Positions 46,136 through 57,902 of a stretch of DNA of 64,000 bases are shown here, in pieces. The number at the start of each line of letters is the position of its first letter. The first letter of the stretch is position 1. A program made the position numbers and the translations under genes. The notes below the pieces were generated by a model. That model made no database searches and was not told the DNA's origin. It saw nothing but the letters and a program-made list of their open reading frames with translations. This DNA comes from Paecilomyces variotii (Eukaryota): assembly GCA_004022145.1 (NCBI GenBank), contig RCNU01000010.1; one strand, written 5' to 3'.

Positions 46136-47944
46136 ATGCCGCCGCTCCCATCTTTACCGTCGGCCGTCTCGTTCCTCCGCGGCGTTGCGCCTCGTTCGCA
46201 GTCCGCTGCAGGCCAGCTATTGCCAACCGCTCGGCGTGGCGCTCCCAGTGCATGGTACACGCACTCCAGGCGCTTTTCATTTTCTGATAGATCTTGTTCG
46301 GTTTCCTTGAGAGGGTTATCGCAGTCTCAGTCGCAAGCATGGAACCGGTGCGCTGGGAGGCTGTTCTCGAGCTCGACTCGGCAAGCTCCGAGCTACCAGT
46401 ATAAGCGATTCCAGCCGGGAAGGATACCATATCCTGGACAGCAGGGAGGAGGAGGAGGAGGAGGAGGAGGAGGAGGCCCTCCGTGGTGGGCTATCTATCG
46501 GAATGAACTGGTCATAGGAGTCGGCATCGGTGGGGCTTTCTACCTATACAACCTGGAGACTGTAGAGGTAAGCACAGGGTTAAATAATCCATCATCCTTG
46601 ACCACAGTATCTGTAGTAGTGGACTGGAAACTACTATTCGCTCAAACACATCCCATTTGTGCGGTCCTATATATCATGTTTGTAGCTTTCGCTTCATTGC
46701 TAATGTCTGCCATTGCTGTTGGCTCTATAGATGACCGGTAGACGCCGCTTTAATTGCGTGTCCACCGCCCAAGAATTGAAAATGGGAGAACAGAGTTACC
46801 GGGAGGTTATGCAGCAATATCGGGGGAGAATACTGCCGGATAATCACCCCTTAACGATTATGGTTGCTCAGGTAATGAAGAGGTTGATTCCGCAAGCCCC
46901 AATAGAAGGAGCGGACTGGAAAGTGCATGTCATTCACGATGACTCGAATATGAATGCTTTCGTACTTCCCGGGTATGATATGACTATCTTTTCCGATCTC
47001 AGCAGACTGGGATTGCCTGGTATAGTCTGTGATAGGCTGACATTTTGTTCCTAGAGGCAAGGTCTTTGTCTTCACGGGCATCATGCCGATCTGCCGGGAT
47101 GAGGATGGTCTTGCTGCTGTGCTCGGACATGAGATTGCTCATGTTGTGGCGCGTCATCCAGCAGAGAGGATGAGCAATAGCTTTATTACAATTGGGCTAG
47201 CATTTGTTGTTGCCGCTCTTTTCGACGTGTCCGGGCAGATTCCGTCGATGCTCCTCAATTTGGTATACGGCCTGCCAAACTCGAGGACTCAGGAGGTTAG
47301 TTACGATTTCTACTGTTCATTATACCAACTACGTCATACTAATACATTGCAGGCCGAGGCAGACACTATCGGACTAAGTAAGCTCTGATTCTTTGTGGTG
47401 CTTTCGCCGGTACTAATTTGGGTTAGTGATGATGTCCAAGGCTTGCTTTAATCCAGAAGCTGCAGTAAAACTGTAAGTTTTCCAAGTTCCCTGTTGACTT
47501 CAATGATTTGTACATTAACAAACAGCTAGATGGGGCCGTATGCAGAAAGCAGAGAAAGGGTCGCCTCCACAATTCATGTCGACGCATCCTTCGGTAAGCT
47601 CATAGTCACAACCACATGTGTAGTTTTCAAGTCGACGCCAGGGGCTGATGAGACGATAGAGCTATAACCGCATGGAGGCTCTCAGTGAAAAGTAAGTGGC
47701 CCCTTAGGGAGATTCATTTACTCTATCCAGCTGACTGGGAGCTATAGATTACCGAAGGCAGAGGCAGAGTATGAAGCAAGCGGTTGTTCCGTGCCCAGTA
47801 GATACAGTAAGTGTCCACAGACTCTGTGAATATGGGATTCGTACTAATCCACTTCTCTCCATTACAGTGCCTGGTTTCAGACAAGCCTACAACACATATG
47901 ATGCGTATGGCACAGACGATGGACATGATTCATACTTCTGGTAA
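46136..47944 (+). CDS. OMA1: Mitochondrial metalloendopeptidase Oma1 (peptidase M48)
   Basis: Nine exons: 46136-46567, 46731-46972, 47055-47296, 47353-47377, 47427-47472, 47530-47593, 47660-47691, 47748-47806, 47867-47944. Presequence, TGRRRF, NAFVLPGGKVFVFTG, HEXXH (LGHEIAH), SRTQEAEAD and FMSTHPS. Confidence 0.95.
46445..46474 (+). repeat. (GGA)10 coding microsatellite giving poly-Gly in Oma1
   Basis: Ten perfect GGA units followed by GGC give 11 Gly. Confidence 0.95.
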
Positions 47945-48146
47945 TTTGGGTTAGCAAGGTTGAAACATAAGCGAATATAGCATGCAATACGAGCGGGCGT
48001 CAGTATGCGGGGTGTACTGTACATTGCAAATATTTCCATTAATAAACTCGACTGTCAATAATACGCATCTATCTTTGCTCAGTACTAAAGATAGCAAAGA
48101 TGTAGAATGATATAGTTAGACTTGTAGAGCTCTCCGCCGTGGAGAA

Positions 48147-48154
48147 AGCCCTAA
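48147..48154 (+). promoter_or_regulatory. AGCCCTAA (telobox-like) motif about 190 bp upstream of CCT8
   Basis: The sequence is seen directly. I recall GCCCTAA as a motif of translation-related promoters in filamentous ascomycetes, but a single copy is weak evidence. Confidence 0.3.
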
Positions 48155-48340
48155 CCCCTCCATGGCAGGATGCAAACCGGACAAACAATCCGGTCAGGGA
48201 CATGTCGAGCTCATCCAAAAAATCACCGAACGGCGCGAAGCTCGAGTTGCGTGTTCTCAACAGTCACGCTTCTTTGATATTTCCGTTTCTTTATCTATCA
48301 TACAGATTCCCTCTGTCAGCGGAGGTAGCAGAAAGTAATC

Positions 48341-50251
48341 ATGTCGCTGGCGATCCCTGGACCCTCGCAGGCGGGTCTCTTCAAGCCTGGCTATCAGAGG
48401 TAAGCCACAACATTGAAGATCGCATGCACCTCACACAGTCGACTATGCGCACACGGACACCATAAAGCTGACTCGCAATTTTCATTTTACAGTTGGGACG
48501 CTGAAGATGGAGCCGTTATCCGCAACATCGAGGCCTGCCGGGCCATCTCGCAGACCGTTCAGACGTCGCTAGGCCCGTATGGCCGCAACAAGATTGTCAT
48601 CAACCACTTGCAGAAGATGATCCTGACTTCCGATGCCGCTACAATCCTCAGAGAGTTGGACGTCGTACACCCCGCAGCGAAGCTGCTCGTTATGGCAAGT
48701 CAGCAGCAGGAGGCGGAGATGGGTGACGCGACCAACCTAGTCATCATCTTGGCGGGAGAGCTGCTCAAGAAGGCGGAGGAGTTGCTAAGAATGGGTCTGA
48801 AAACGAGTGATATCGTTCAGGGTTATGAGAAGGCTCAGAACTTTGCGCTGAAATGTCTAGAAGGTGGGTTTTTTTCCCTTGCATAGTGATAATGATTGTC
48901 GTGGTCTATGAAATCTACGAGTTTTTGAGGAGTTTATGCTTACTTATGATTTGTTTTTTATGGGATAGATCTCGAGGTCGATCGTCTGAGTGAAATTCGT
49001 TCCACCGCAGAGCTTAGCAAAGCTTTGCGCACAGTGGTTTCCAGCAAGCAGTCTGGAGCGGAAGACATTCTGGCATCTCTGGTCGCTGAGGCCGTCCTTG
49101 CTGTGCTCCCTAAAAACCCACTCAACTTCAACGTGGACAACGTACGAGTAGTTAAGATCATGGGTGGTAGCTTGGAACAGTCAAAAGTGGTCAAGGGTAT
49201 GGTCTTTGGCCGGGAGCCCGATGGACAGGTCAAGAAGGCCAAGAAGGCCAAGGTCGGTGTCTTCAGCTGCCCGATCGATACCTCTCAGACCGAGACCAAG
49301 GGAACTGTGCTCCTGAAGAATGCGCAGGAGATGCTTAACTTCAGCAAGGGCGAGGAGGAGCGTCTTGAGGCCGCTATCAAGGAGTTGTACGACTCCGGTC
49401 TCCGTGTGGTTGTTGCTGGCAGCACTGTCGGTGAACTCGCCCTCCACTACCTCAACCGCTTCGGAATCTTGGTCATTAAGATCTTGTCGAAATACGAGCT
49501 GCGCCGTCTCTGCCGCGTTGTCGGTGCTACCCCTCTCGCTCGTCTTGGTGCCCCTATGCCCGACGAGATGGGTTCCATCGATGTTGTGGAGACCACTGAG
49601 ATCGGTGGTGACAGAGTTACTGTCTTCCGCCAGGAGGACTCTAACAATGTGACTCGCACAGCGACTATTGTCCTTCGTGGAGCGACCCAGAACCATCTCG
49701 ACGACGTCGAGCGCGCCATTGATGATGGTGTCAACGTTGTCAAGGCCATCACCAAGGACCCGCGTCTTGTTCCTGGAGCTGGTGCCACCGAGCTGCAGCT
49801 GGTAGAGCGCATCTCTGCCTTCGCCGATAAGACCCCCGGACTTCCGCAGCACGCCATTAGAAAGTACGCTGAGGCTTTCGAAGTCATCCCCCGGACCCTG
49901 GCCGAGTCTGCTGGTCTGGATGCCACCGAGGTCCTTGCTAACCTATATACTGCACACCACCGTTCTAACGGCCCGGCTGAGGAATCATCCGACGAGGAGG
50001 AAGAGGGCTCCTCTTCCGAGGAAGAAGAGCCATACTGGACCGCCGGTGTCGACCTGGACTCTTCCACGAATACCGGCACCATTGACGCTGTGGAGGAAGG
50101 CATTCTTGACCTGATGGTCTCCAAGAGCTGGGCTATCCGACTCGCAACTGAATCAGCTAGAACCGTCCTGAGTGTCGACCAGATCATTGTCGCACGACAG
50201 GCCGGTGGGCCTAAGCCTCCAGGCCCCAACCCCAACTGGGACGAGGACTAA
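48341..50251 (+). CDS. CCT8: Chaperonin CCT/TRiC subunit theta
   Basis: Exons 48341-48399, 48493-48863, 48969-50251. SLGPYGRNKIVINHL, TSDAATILRELDVVHPAAK, QEAEMGDATN, FNVDNVRVVKIMGG and the CCT8-type C-terminus ARQAGGPKPPGPNPNWDED. Confidence 0.97.
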
Positions 50252-51507
50252 ATGCCTCCAAGGGGGAAGAATGCAGTCAAGGAGGTAGATATAAGGAAGA
50301 CAGACAAAAGAAAGGACCACGAAGGTCACCAATAGCATCTATTGACCAAAAAAAGGTAGAGGATGTAATCTTGCACAATACGTATTACAATCTACACGCA
50401 AAAATCGTATTAGAAGTTCCATTCACCTGTATTTCTTTCGAATGAACTTTGCATATTATCTACAATAATAGAATTACGTTCAAAGACCTGGAAGTAGTCT
50501 CAGTATTATGTCCTCTTATCCTTGAGGTTGATAATAGTATTACGGATGAGGCTGGTGTTGCCAGGTGTGACCAGGGATTTAGACAGAAAGGCATTCATCC
50601 CTGTGTTAATTCTCTGTTTTCTTCTTCGGTTTTCTATTTATTTTTTATCCTTTCTCCTATGTCTAGGGGAAAATAACAATCTCTGATTTAAATCAGAGGG
50701 AACAACGCAGTATGTCATTGGACCAAAAACATGTGACGAGTAAAACAGTAATTGATGGGTATAGGAGAGTACTGGCTTTTGTATACGCGATCGCTGTCCA
50801 TGAAGAGAATATCTCTGATTCCAAAATTATCCTCCGGTCGCTCAGTAGAATCTTTTGTGGGTATCCGCATGACAGAAACAAGCTTCGCGTTCCAAACGAG
50901 TCATCGCTATATGGCGCTATGATATTGAGCGAAACAGATGAAAAGGAAAAAAAAAAAGCGAAAAGAAGGGAGACACGCTTTTTGTTATCGTAATCTCATG
51001 ATGTTGTGCTAGGCAGTTGAGCCATGTTAAGCGCTCATGATGTCATGAGGCGAGATCCACCGTGATTCGAGAGTTTGATGAAAATCGGACCTCAGCTCAT
51101 GAGTGAGCGAGAATCCTCGTGGATTTAGATATATCGATAGGTATGATGTGCTCGCAGCTTTTGCTTTTGCCTGACGGCCGGTTTCGTTGTCGAATGCTAC
51201 TTATGGCGTATGTTCGAGATGCGGCCCGTCGATCCCAACTGTAACTGCGAGCTTGCTCCTGCTTCTTCTCCGTATAGTCTCCCGTTGATTCTGTATGTTC
51301 CTGGTAGCGTGCATTTCCGAAATCTGTGCGCCGAGCCGGGTATATGCACATCGATCATCGATGTGACACTGAATCACTGACGGTGTCGCTTCCCCACATA
51401 ATTCCGGCGGGTAAATCGGTGATCGCGTAGCTTAAACAGGGCCGGGTAGTCGGGAGCCAAGAAAGATCAGAAGCTAGGATCTAGAGATGTTCATCTTGGA
51501 GATTGCC

Positions 51508-51699
51508 TTAAGCTTCCATCCTCCAGTTCTGAGGGGGCATGGCACGCGAGCTGCGACGTCGTTGATGACGGCGGAATTCAGCTTTCTGGACGCTGTTGCG
51601 CATGTAGTGCACGAGGAAGCTGCTGGAGTGGAAGGAGATCCAGACCAGCATGACCCAGCTGGCCAGCCATTTCTCCTGAGGCGAGAAGTAGAGATCCAT
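51508..51699 (-). CDS. Candidate 63-aa micro-ORF divergent from the L12 gene
   Basis: ATG preceded on - by a CT-rich leader-like tract; short hydrophobic segment and Arg-rich tail. No homology recognised. Confidence 0.25.
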   Translation of the reverse strand: MDLYFSPQEKWLASWVMLVWISFHSSSFLVHYMRNSVQKAEFRRHQRRRSSRAMPPQNWRMEA

Positions 51700-51933
51700 G
51701 AGTGAGGATATCAGCGATCAGATCAGATGGCTCTCAAGATGAAAATAAGAAAGAAAGACGGAGAGTAAGACGGCGACGACTTTCGTACTCGACTTTCTCC
51801 GCAATGATATAAGCCGGGTCAGCAATCACCTCATTGCTGGGCGGCAGCTTAGTTCGGCATCTGCCTGATACCGTATCGCGAATACCGTATTGAGACGGTC
51901 ACGCTGTAATATTACGGGCGCTGTTGTTCACAG

Positions 51934-51944
51934 GCATCACGTGA
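51934..51944. promoter_or_regulatory. E-box GCATCACGTGA about 146 bp upstream of the mitochondrial L12 gene
   Basis: Identical to the 11-mer upstream of NAM9. Confidence 0.5.
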
Positions 51945-52079
51945 CGCGCCGTGGATTTTCCGGCCGCGCGAAGTTCGAGTTTCTTTTCTGAGCGAGATCT
52001 GGATATCGGGAAAAAGAGCTTCAGTCCCCATCTTCGTTTCTCTATCTGTCCGCCCTTTCACAGCCAGGTCTCCGCCATC

Positions 52080-52831
52080 ATGTCGCTCTCCTCCCAGACC
52101 GCAGCTCGATGCTGCAGACAAATCGTCCGCCCTTCTGCGTCCCTGCGCATCTCTTCGTCCACATATCTCTCCCAGCGCCGGAGGACGCCCGCTCGGAGAT
52201 GGCAGTCTACCGATGCTGGTGCTGCCACTGCCGCCCCTTCGAACCCGAAGATTACGCAGATCGTTGACCAGATTAGCCAATTGACCTTGTTGGAGACGGC
52301 TGACCTCGTCGCCAGCTTGAAGGTGGGTGGAACTGTTGTTGTTGTTTGAGTCCGCTCTGCCGCCTGCGGTTGCGTGAAGAGAGATATCACCAGTCCCAGA
52401 AAAACATGGCGAATACACATGAAACAGTGGCTAGACGAGCGGAACCAGTGGCACTGGATAATGAAGAAAATTACTGACGCGGAATTTACTTGTAGTCCCG
52501 TCTGAACATCCCCGACCTGCCCGTTGGCGGCTTCGCCGTGGCCGGTGCTGGAGCTCCTGCAGCTGCCGCTGCTCCCGCCGCGGAGGAGGAGGAAGCTGCC
52601 CCTGCTGCCCAGGAGAAGACCCTGTTCAACCTCAAGCTCGAGTCCTTCGATGCCGCCGCTAAGCCCAAGATCATCAAGGAGATCAAGTCCATGCTCGGTC
52701 TGTCTCTGGTTGACAGCAAGAAGTTCGTCGAGAGTGTCCCCAAGGTCATGAAGGAGTCCGTTCCCAAGGAGGAGGCCGAGAAGATCATCGAGACCCTCAA
52801 GGGTCTCGGTGCTAAGGCTTCCATGGAGTAA
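52080..52831 (+). CDS. MNP1: Mitochondrial ribosomal protein bL12m (L7/L12)
   Basis: Exons 52080-52322 and 52496-52831. Presequence ending RRWQST, IVDQISQLTLLETADLV, Ala-rich hinge and C-terminal domain EKTLFNLKL...KPKIIKEIK...LVDSKKFVES.P. Confidence 0.96.
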
Positions 52832-53415
52832 AGTCGCTTCTCGATGGGCTCTGTGGTGTTCGGGATGTGGCATGAAGAGCGGAATCCGGTGTTCCTGTTT
52901 TCCCGATTTCTCCGTCATGATATGTTTTTAATGGCAGCTAGCAAAATCGGCGGAAAAATGTATATTATCAATTGATCCCAGCGAATTTGGATGTATACGG
53001 AGAAAGGACTGCTTTTGTCTCCAGACCTTCCCTCCATTACTTACTTGTCTTATCCAACGATTGGGTGAGAATTTGGCCAGCATATGTGTTCAGGAAAGTC
53101 GAGACATAGAATTTTTTTTGAAACTGTGTTTTACTATTACCCTGGGATATACTCGATCTTTTTTTCCTAGTTGGAATGCACGCATATTCTCTTCTCAAGT
53201 AACCGCGCGCCGAAAATAATTCAATTCTTTTCTTCAGACTTTGTCTACAGAAATATCCTACTTACGCAATTCTTAATGGCCCTATAGTGCGACGTTCGAG
53301 TATAGTTGGTCCATCGACTTGTCATTACGGCGGAATCACACACCGACTGACTTTCATAGTAGACGACTTTGAAACCTGCAATGTGGTGGACCGCCCGACC
53401 GAGAAAGAAGGGAGC

Positions 53416-54012
53416 CTACCTAGTCGGATTCGAAACCCTTTTCAATATAATCAGTACCAGAGGTCACAGAATGGAGACTCAAGGCATCTAGGAAATGAAC
53501 GTGGAACATAACGAGTATGAGCACGAAGCACCAGAAAGCACAACGGAGAGGGCCTACTCGATCAGGTTCCCATCCGGATCTCTGATATATATGCTTCTGA
53601 GAAGGCTTCTAGCCCCTGTCTTCTTCACTACCTCCTCTCCGTCAAAGGCCAAGACCTCTACGCCCATCTCCTTTAGGCGCCCGACAACTTCCTCGACCGC
53701 CGAATCAGTTAGGAAGCAGAGGTCCGCACTACCAGGTGCCGGGACATGTGCCTTTGGCTCGAACTCCTTGCCGGCCTCATGGAGGTTAATCTTGGAGCCA
53801 CCGAACAGGAGCGCATGACGTGCAGTGCCAGTAGTGTCGGATGGCGGAGTGAAGGATTGATGCGCCATCCCCAGGACAGACGTGTAGAACCTGATAGATG
53901 CTGGAATTGAACGGACAGTGAGGACGAGATGATCCAAAGAGGAGAGAGTACAGGCAGGACTTGACGATGGTGGTGAGGTGGGTGATGTACTGGACATATT
54001 GCGGAGGAGCAT
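53416..54012 (-). CDS. Glyoxalase/VOC-superfamily protein (GLOD5-like)
   Basis: LDHLVLTV, FYTSVLGM, KINLHE, EFEPKA..P.PGSADLCFLT and SIYIRDPDGNLIE. Intron 53557-53438 adds terminal exon 53437-53416 (EVSNPTR*). Start is uncertain among 54108, 54012 and 53997. Confidence 0.9.
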
Positions 54013-54335
54013 ATGCGGAGCGCGGAGTGGAAGATTACGAGGATGGAAGACCTGGAAGTTGCAAGTCCAGAGACCTGTTCTTTTATAGATAATCGTGCTG
54101 GAATTCATGCTGTTCTGTCTTCTTCTTCTTCTTTTCTGTTCACTATCAAAGATAAGATAATTCACAATAGTCAGTTATGGTAGGAGAGGAAGATGACGCG
54201 ATGGCGGGAGGATGCGGCGAAATGCTAAAAACACCAGCTGGATTCCCAATCGGGTAACTTGCTCTGCTTCCGCAAAAACCTCCGACTTCTCTCCGTACAA
54301 AAAATAAATAAACCCAAGCACCTCAATCACCCACC

Positions 54336-55794
54336 ATGAGTGCCTCGCGCATCATAACGCCCCATAGATGGCCTCCAAGGTCTCTGGGGCAACTGTGCCT
54401 TCATGGAGAGATCCTTTCGGAGCGTACGCTTCCTGCGAATTCCCGGAGACCGTTTCATTCAACCTCGATTCAAAACGCAGCTCGCGCAGCACCGCGCTCC
54501 CCGACAGTAAGACGCCAGCAAGCAGGTGGAAATGGATCGACTGCTACAGCCCCTCGCCAGACCTACGTGGATTTAGGCATTCGTGGCCAAACAGAAAATT
54601 ATGATCCCGAAGGTCTACTTGCTCTCTACTCGAACTTCGGACACCGATTATACGATTCGGCCATGAGAGCCGGTCGCTTGCCCGATATCAGTGCTGAGAC
54701 CTACATCTATATCTCCAAACGCATCATCGAAGAGGCGTGTTCTGGACCTCCCACCGCGATGGCGGCAAGGAGAATATCAAAAGGTACGTTGCCAGGATCT
54801 GCTCCCCGCACCTGAGCCGCTTCAACGACATAGAAATCATCTAATGGGCAGTTGGCAACTAGACCTTGATACCGTCTTTGCAGTTGCTGCATCATTCCCC
54901 ACCGGTCGCCCACCACATCCAATGGCCCGTTGGACCCTCACTGCAACCGCCTCAGCAGGCGGGTTTCTCGCCGTTTTGCATGTCGCAGCGGAACATCTGA
55001 AGCGTGTTCCGACAGCAGGCCGGACGCCTATACTGGACCGCATTGAGCAGTGGGCTACTGAATCCGAGGACCCAGACCCACGCGTCACGATTATGTACGC
55101 TCAAATATTAGGCCGGCGGGGACAGTACCGTGAGGCTATCGCAGCTATGGAAAAGCTCATGCAGAGGATCCATCCGACTAAGCTGCTACCATCGATGATG
55201 GAAGACATATCCATGAACGGGAACCTAGAACCCCCGTGGAAGATATACGCCTGGCTGACGGAGAAAGTCGGTGATCGAGCAGCCACCGACGAGACACTGA
55301 AAGTCGCTGCGCTGGAATACCAGGACCCCAGTGCGCTGGTCACATATGCGCATGTGATGCAAACGCAAGGAGATCTGGAAATGTATGAAGAATGCATGAA
55401 CAAAGCTGCAACAGCCGGCGATGCAGAAGCATGTCGAAAACTCGCCAATTTCTACTACCTGACTCACCACGGCCGGTTTCCACGTCGCGAAGATCAGAAT
55501 ACGAGTGGTATCCGAAGCCGCATTGTATCGCTTTTCAAGCAGTCACGGACGAAAGACGATTATCGTAAGCTAGCGATAGATTGGTACGAGTTATCCTTCA
55601 ACCATGGAAGCAAGAAGGCTGCCCTGCTGCTGTCAATGCTTCTGCGCGAAGATGGGGATTCCGACCTCGGTCGGGAGTTCCTTTCATTTGCTGCTGCGGA
55701 GGACAAACTGCTGTCACTGACAAAGAAGCTGGCAGACAACTGGGACAATAAAGACTATAACGTGAAGATCCCAATTCAATTACTTGATACTTGA
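54336..55794 (+). CDS. Putative mitochondrial helical-repeat (Sel1/TPR-like) protein, possibly Mss2-like
   Basis: Exons 54336-54783 and 54863-55794. Presequence-like RRPFHSTS; Sel1-like segments KAATAGDAEACRKLANFY and LAIDWYELSFNHGSKKAALLL. Confidence 0.75.
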
Positions 55795-56345
55795 TGTCAA
55801 ATACAGTGAAAAATGTGATAATCGACGGCCTCGCTTTCTTGGGTGGCTAGATATCTTGAGCCACAGCTGCCTTTGACTGCATTTTGCATCTTCTGGAAGT
55901 CTCTCTGAACACCGTCTACACCGTCATATCACCTTTTCCATGATGTTCGGGTAGGAATCTCCGCTCTGCCTCGAGTCTCACGCCTTATTTGCGTTTTTGA
56001 TACCCTGTACGATATATTCTCACACTTAGAAGAAAAAGCAAAAGAATGGTTTATCTTCGGGAAAGAAATGATACCATTCCACACTATGAGCTAGTGAGAA
56101 GCGACCTTACAAGCGCAACACGATACCTGTATCAGTTATCCCTATATCTGCGCAGAAGTTTCGCAACTCCCATCCAGGATGAAAGAGGGTCGAAAGCTAC
56201 AGTATGTGTTCAATAGAATGCAGAAATTCTCCAGAGAAAATCTGTGCCTGGAAGCCCATATGCCGTATCATCTTGAACAGCATGGAATAGGAAACCAGAA
56301 TATGAGAAATACAGGATCTTTTTTTCTTTTGATCCTCGGATCTCC

Positions 56346-57902
56346 CTATCTGCCTTGTCCCTTTCCCTTACCTTTGCTTCTGGTTTTCAGATCTCCGACT
56401 CCCAGAGCCTTTAATTGCTCTGTTATCCGTGACGATTCACGCATACCTGGAAAGTCCTTTGCAGGATGCACGCGGAATGTATCTGACCAGACTTCAGTCA
56501 AAATAGGCATGGACTCGCCTGTCTCTTCAATAAATCCCCAATTCATGAGCCGGAACTTGAGCCGGTAGAGACCTGCGGTACGGACGGACAAATCCGTGAA
56601 AATAAAGAACGCCGCAGGCAAAGGCTGCGTCGAACTACCAATTTTCTGTCCTCCAGTGGATGTTGGATACATTGGAGCAGTTTCCGGATCGGGATCCTCC
56701 TCGACGAAGAAAGGAGAAACGAAAAGCTTGCCTGAGAGCACTTGCACGGATCGGCCTTGTGGTTGACCACTAGGATTTCCTCCCATGCCCGCAGCCTCAT
56801 TTAACCTGAATGGTTCGACAATTTGTGATCGGTGTATCCGCTCTTCCCACTCTTCACCGTGGGCACCACCGTGAGATGATGACGGAGTCACCGAATACAA
56901 CAGACACCCCACGGTAAATCGTGGGTCTCTCAGTAACTCCATATCGCTCTCTGAGGAAGGGTCAAAATCGGCCAGCAACATTTGCACAATCGGAGGAGGG
57001 TCGATAGAGCGTCTATCCTTGTCACCGGCACCACAAGCTCGCGCTGCAATGGGTTGTTGCCGAATATGCAGTCGGAACCGGGACATAGGCGTCTTAGCCT
57101 TTGGCGATGGGGAAGTAGCAAATGAAGCTGGAGCAGGCGGTAGAGGGTGGAGGATCTGTTCGAATCCTGCGGGGACGCCAGATATGCTCCTACCTCCGCG
57201 ACTAGGTGATCTTGCGCTGGAATGTGAAGTGGTCGAGTTCGTTGATGTTGGGGAACTACTTAAACTATCAACGGAGGACTCATCAGATATCTGACACAAC
57301 AGCACAATGTTTGCAGAAGATGGCGATTCTGAGTATGTCAAAACGGAAAAGGGTGATTCTTAGAAAAAAGAAATGAGACTTTACAGGGAACTGCTCTGCG
57401 CTTTCTCCCTTGGATCGGAGCTTCTGCGCCTACCATCGTGACTCAGCGGAGAGATGTACGGATTCCAGTATGGGCTCCAAGCTTCGTGCGAATTCCTCCT
57501 CGGAGCAACGGACGTGTTGTGCGATGAACTAACAGAAGTGGACGGCATCGCTGGCCATGCTCCCTGGTATGCAGAGTAGTCAGGATGGCGAGAACCGAGG
57601 CTGGTAGCTGCAACAGCATACTGGCCATGGCTGGACCAGTGAGGTGATGGTGAACTATAGGCGGCTGTCGTGGATGAAACCGTTGGGTTGTATGCCTGAA
57701 CATCAGGGTATAAGAACCTCGGTGGTTCTTCAGACGGCGAAAAGTGTGATGATCTCTGGCGCTCTGGGCTGGACGATCTCAGTTCTCTTCGAGCTGTCAT
57801 ATGATTCAACAACGGCGCTCCTGGATTGCCTGGTGCAGGGGGTTCTTGCTGTTGGTCACTTCTCGGGGTCTTTCGATACAGATCTCCTTCAATCTTTCGC
57901 AT
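56346..57902 (-). CDS. velC: Velvet-domain regulator, VelC type
   Basis: C-terminal velvet domain RLHIRQQPIAARACGAGDKDRRSIDPPPIVQ...FFIFTDLSVRTAGLYRLKFRL...AKDFPGM after a Ser/Pro-rich N-terminal exon. One intron must remove stops near 57360-57383. Start is at 57902 or 57800. Confidence 0.9.

Noticed and set aside
49181..50235. Long antisense ORFs (223 and 262 aa) in CCT8
   Set aside because: Codon-bias shadows of a highly expressed gene.
52058..52918. 286-aa antisense ORF spanning the L12 gene
   Set aside because: Mostly explained by the sense gene's codon bias, with no domain signal. Its crossing of the intron without a stop is unremarkable for 58 codons.
53426..53438. T-loop-like gggtttcgaatcc on the minus strand suggesting a tRNA
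   Set aside because: It coincides with the glyoxalase terminal exon and has no cloverleaf or A box.
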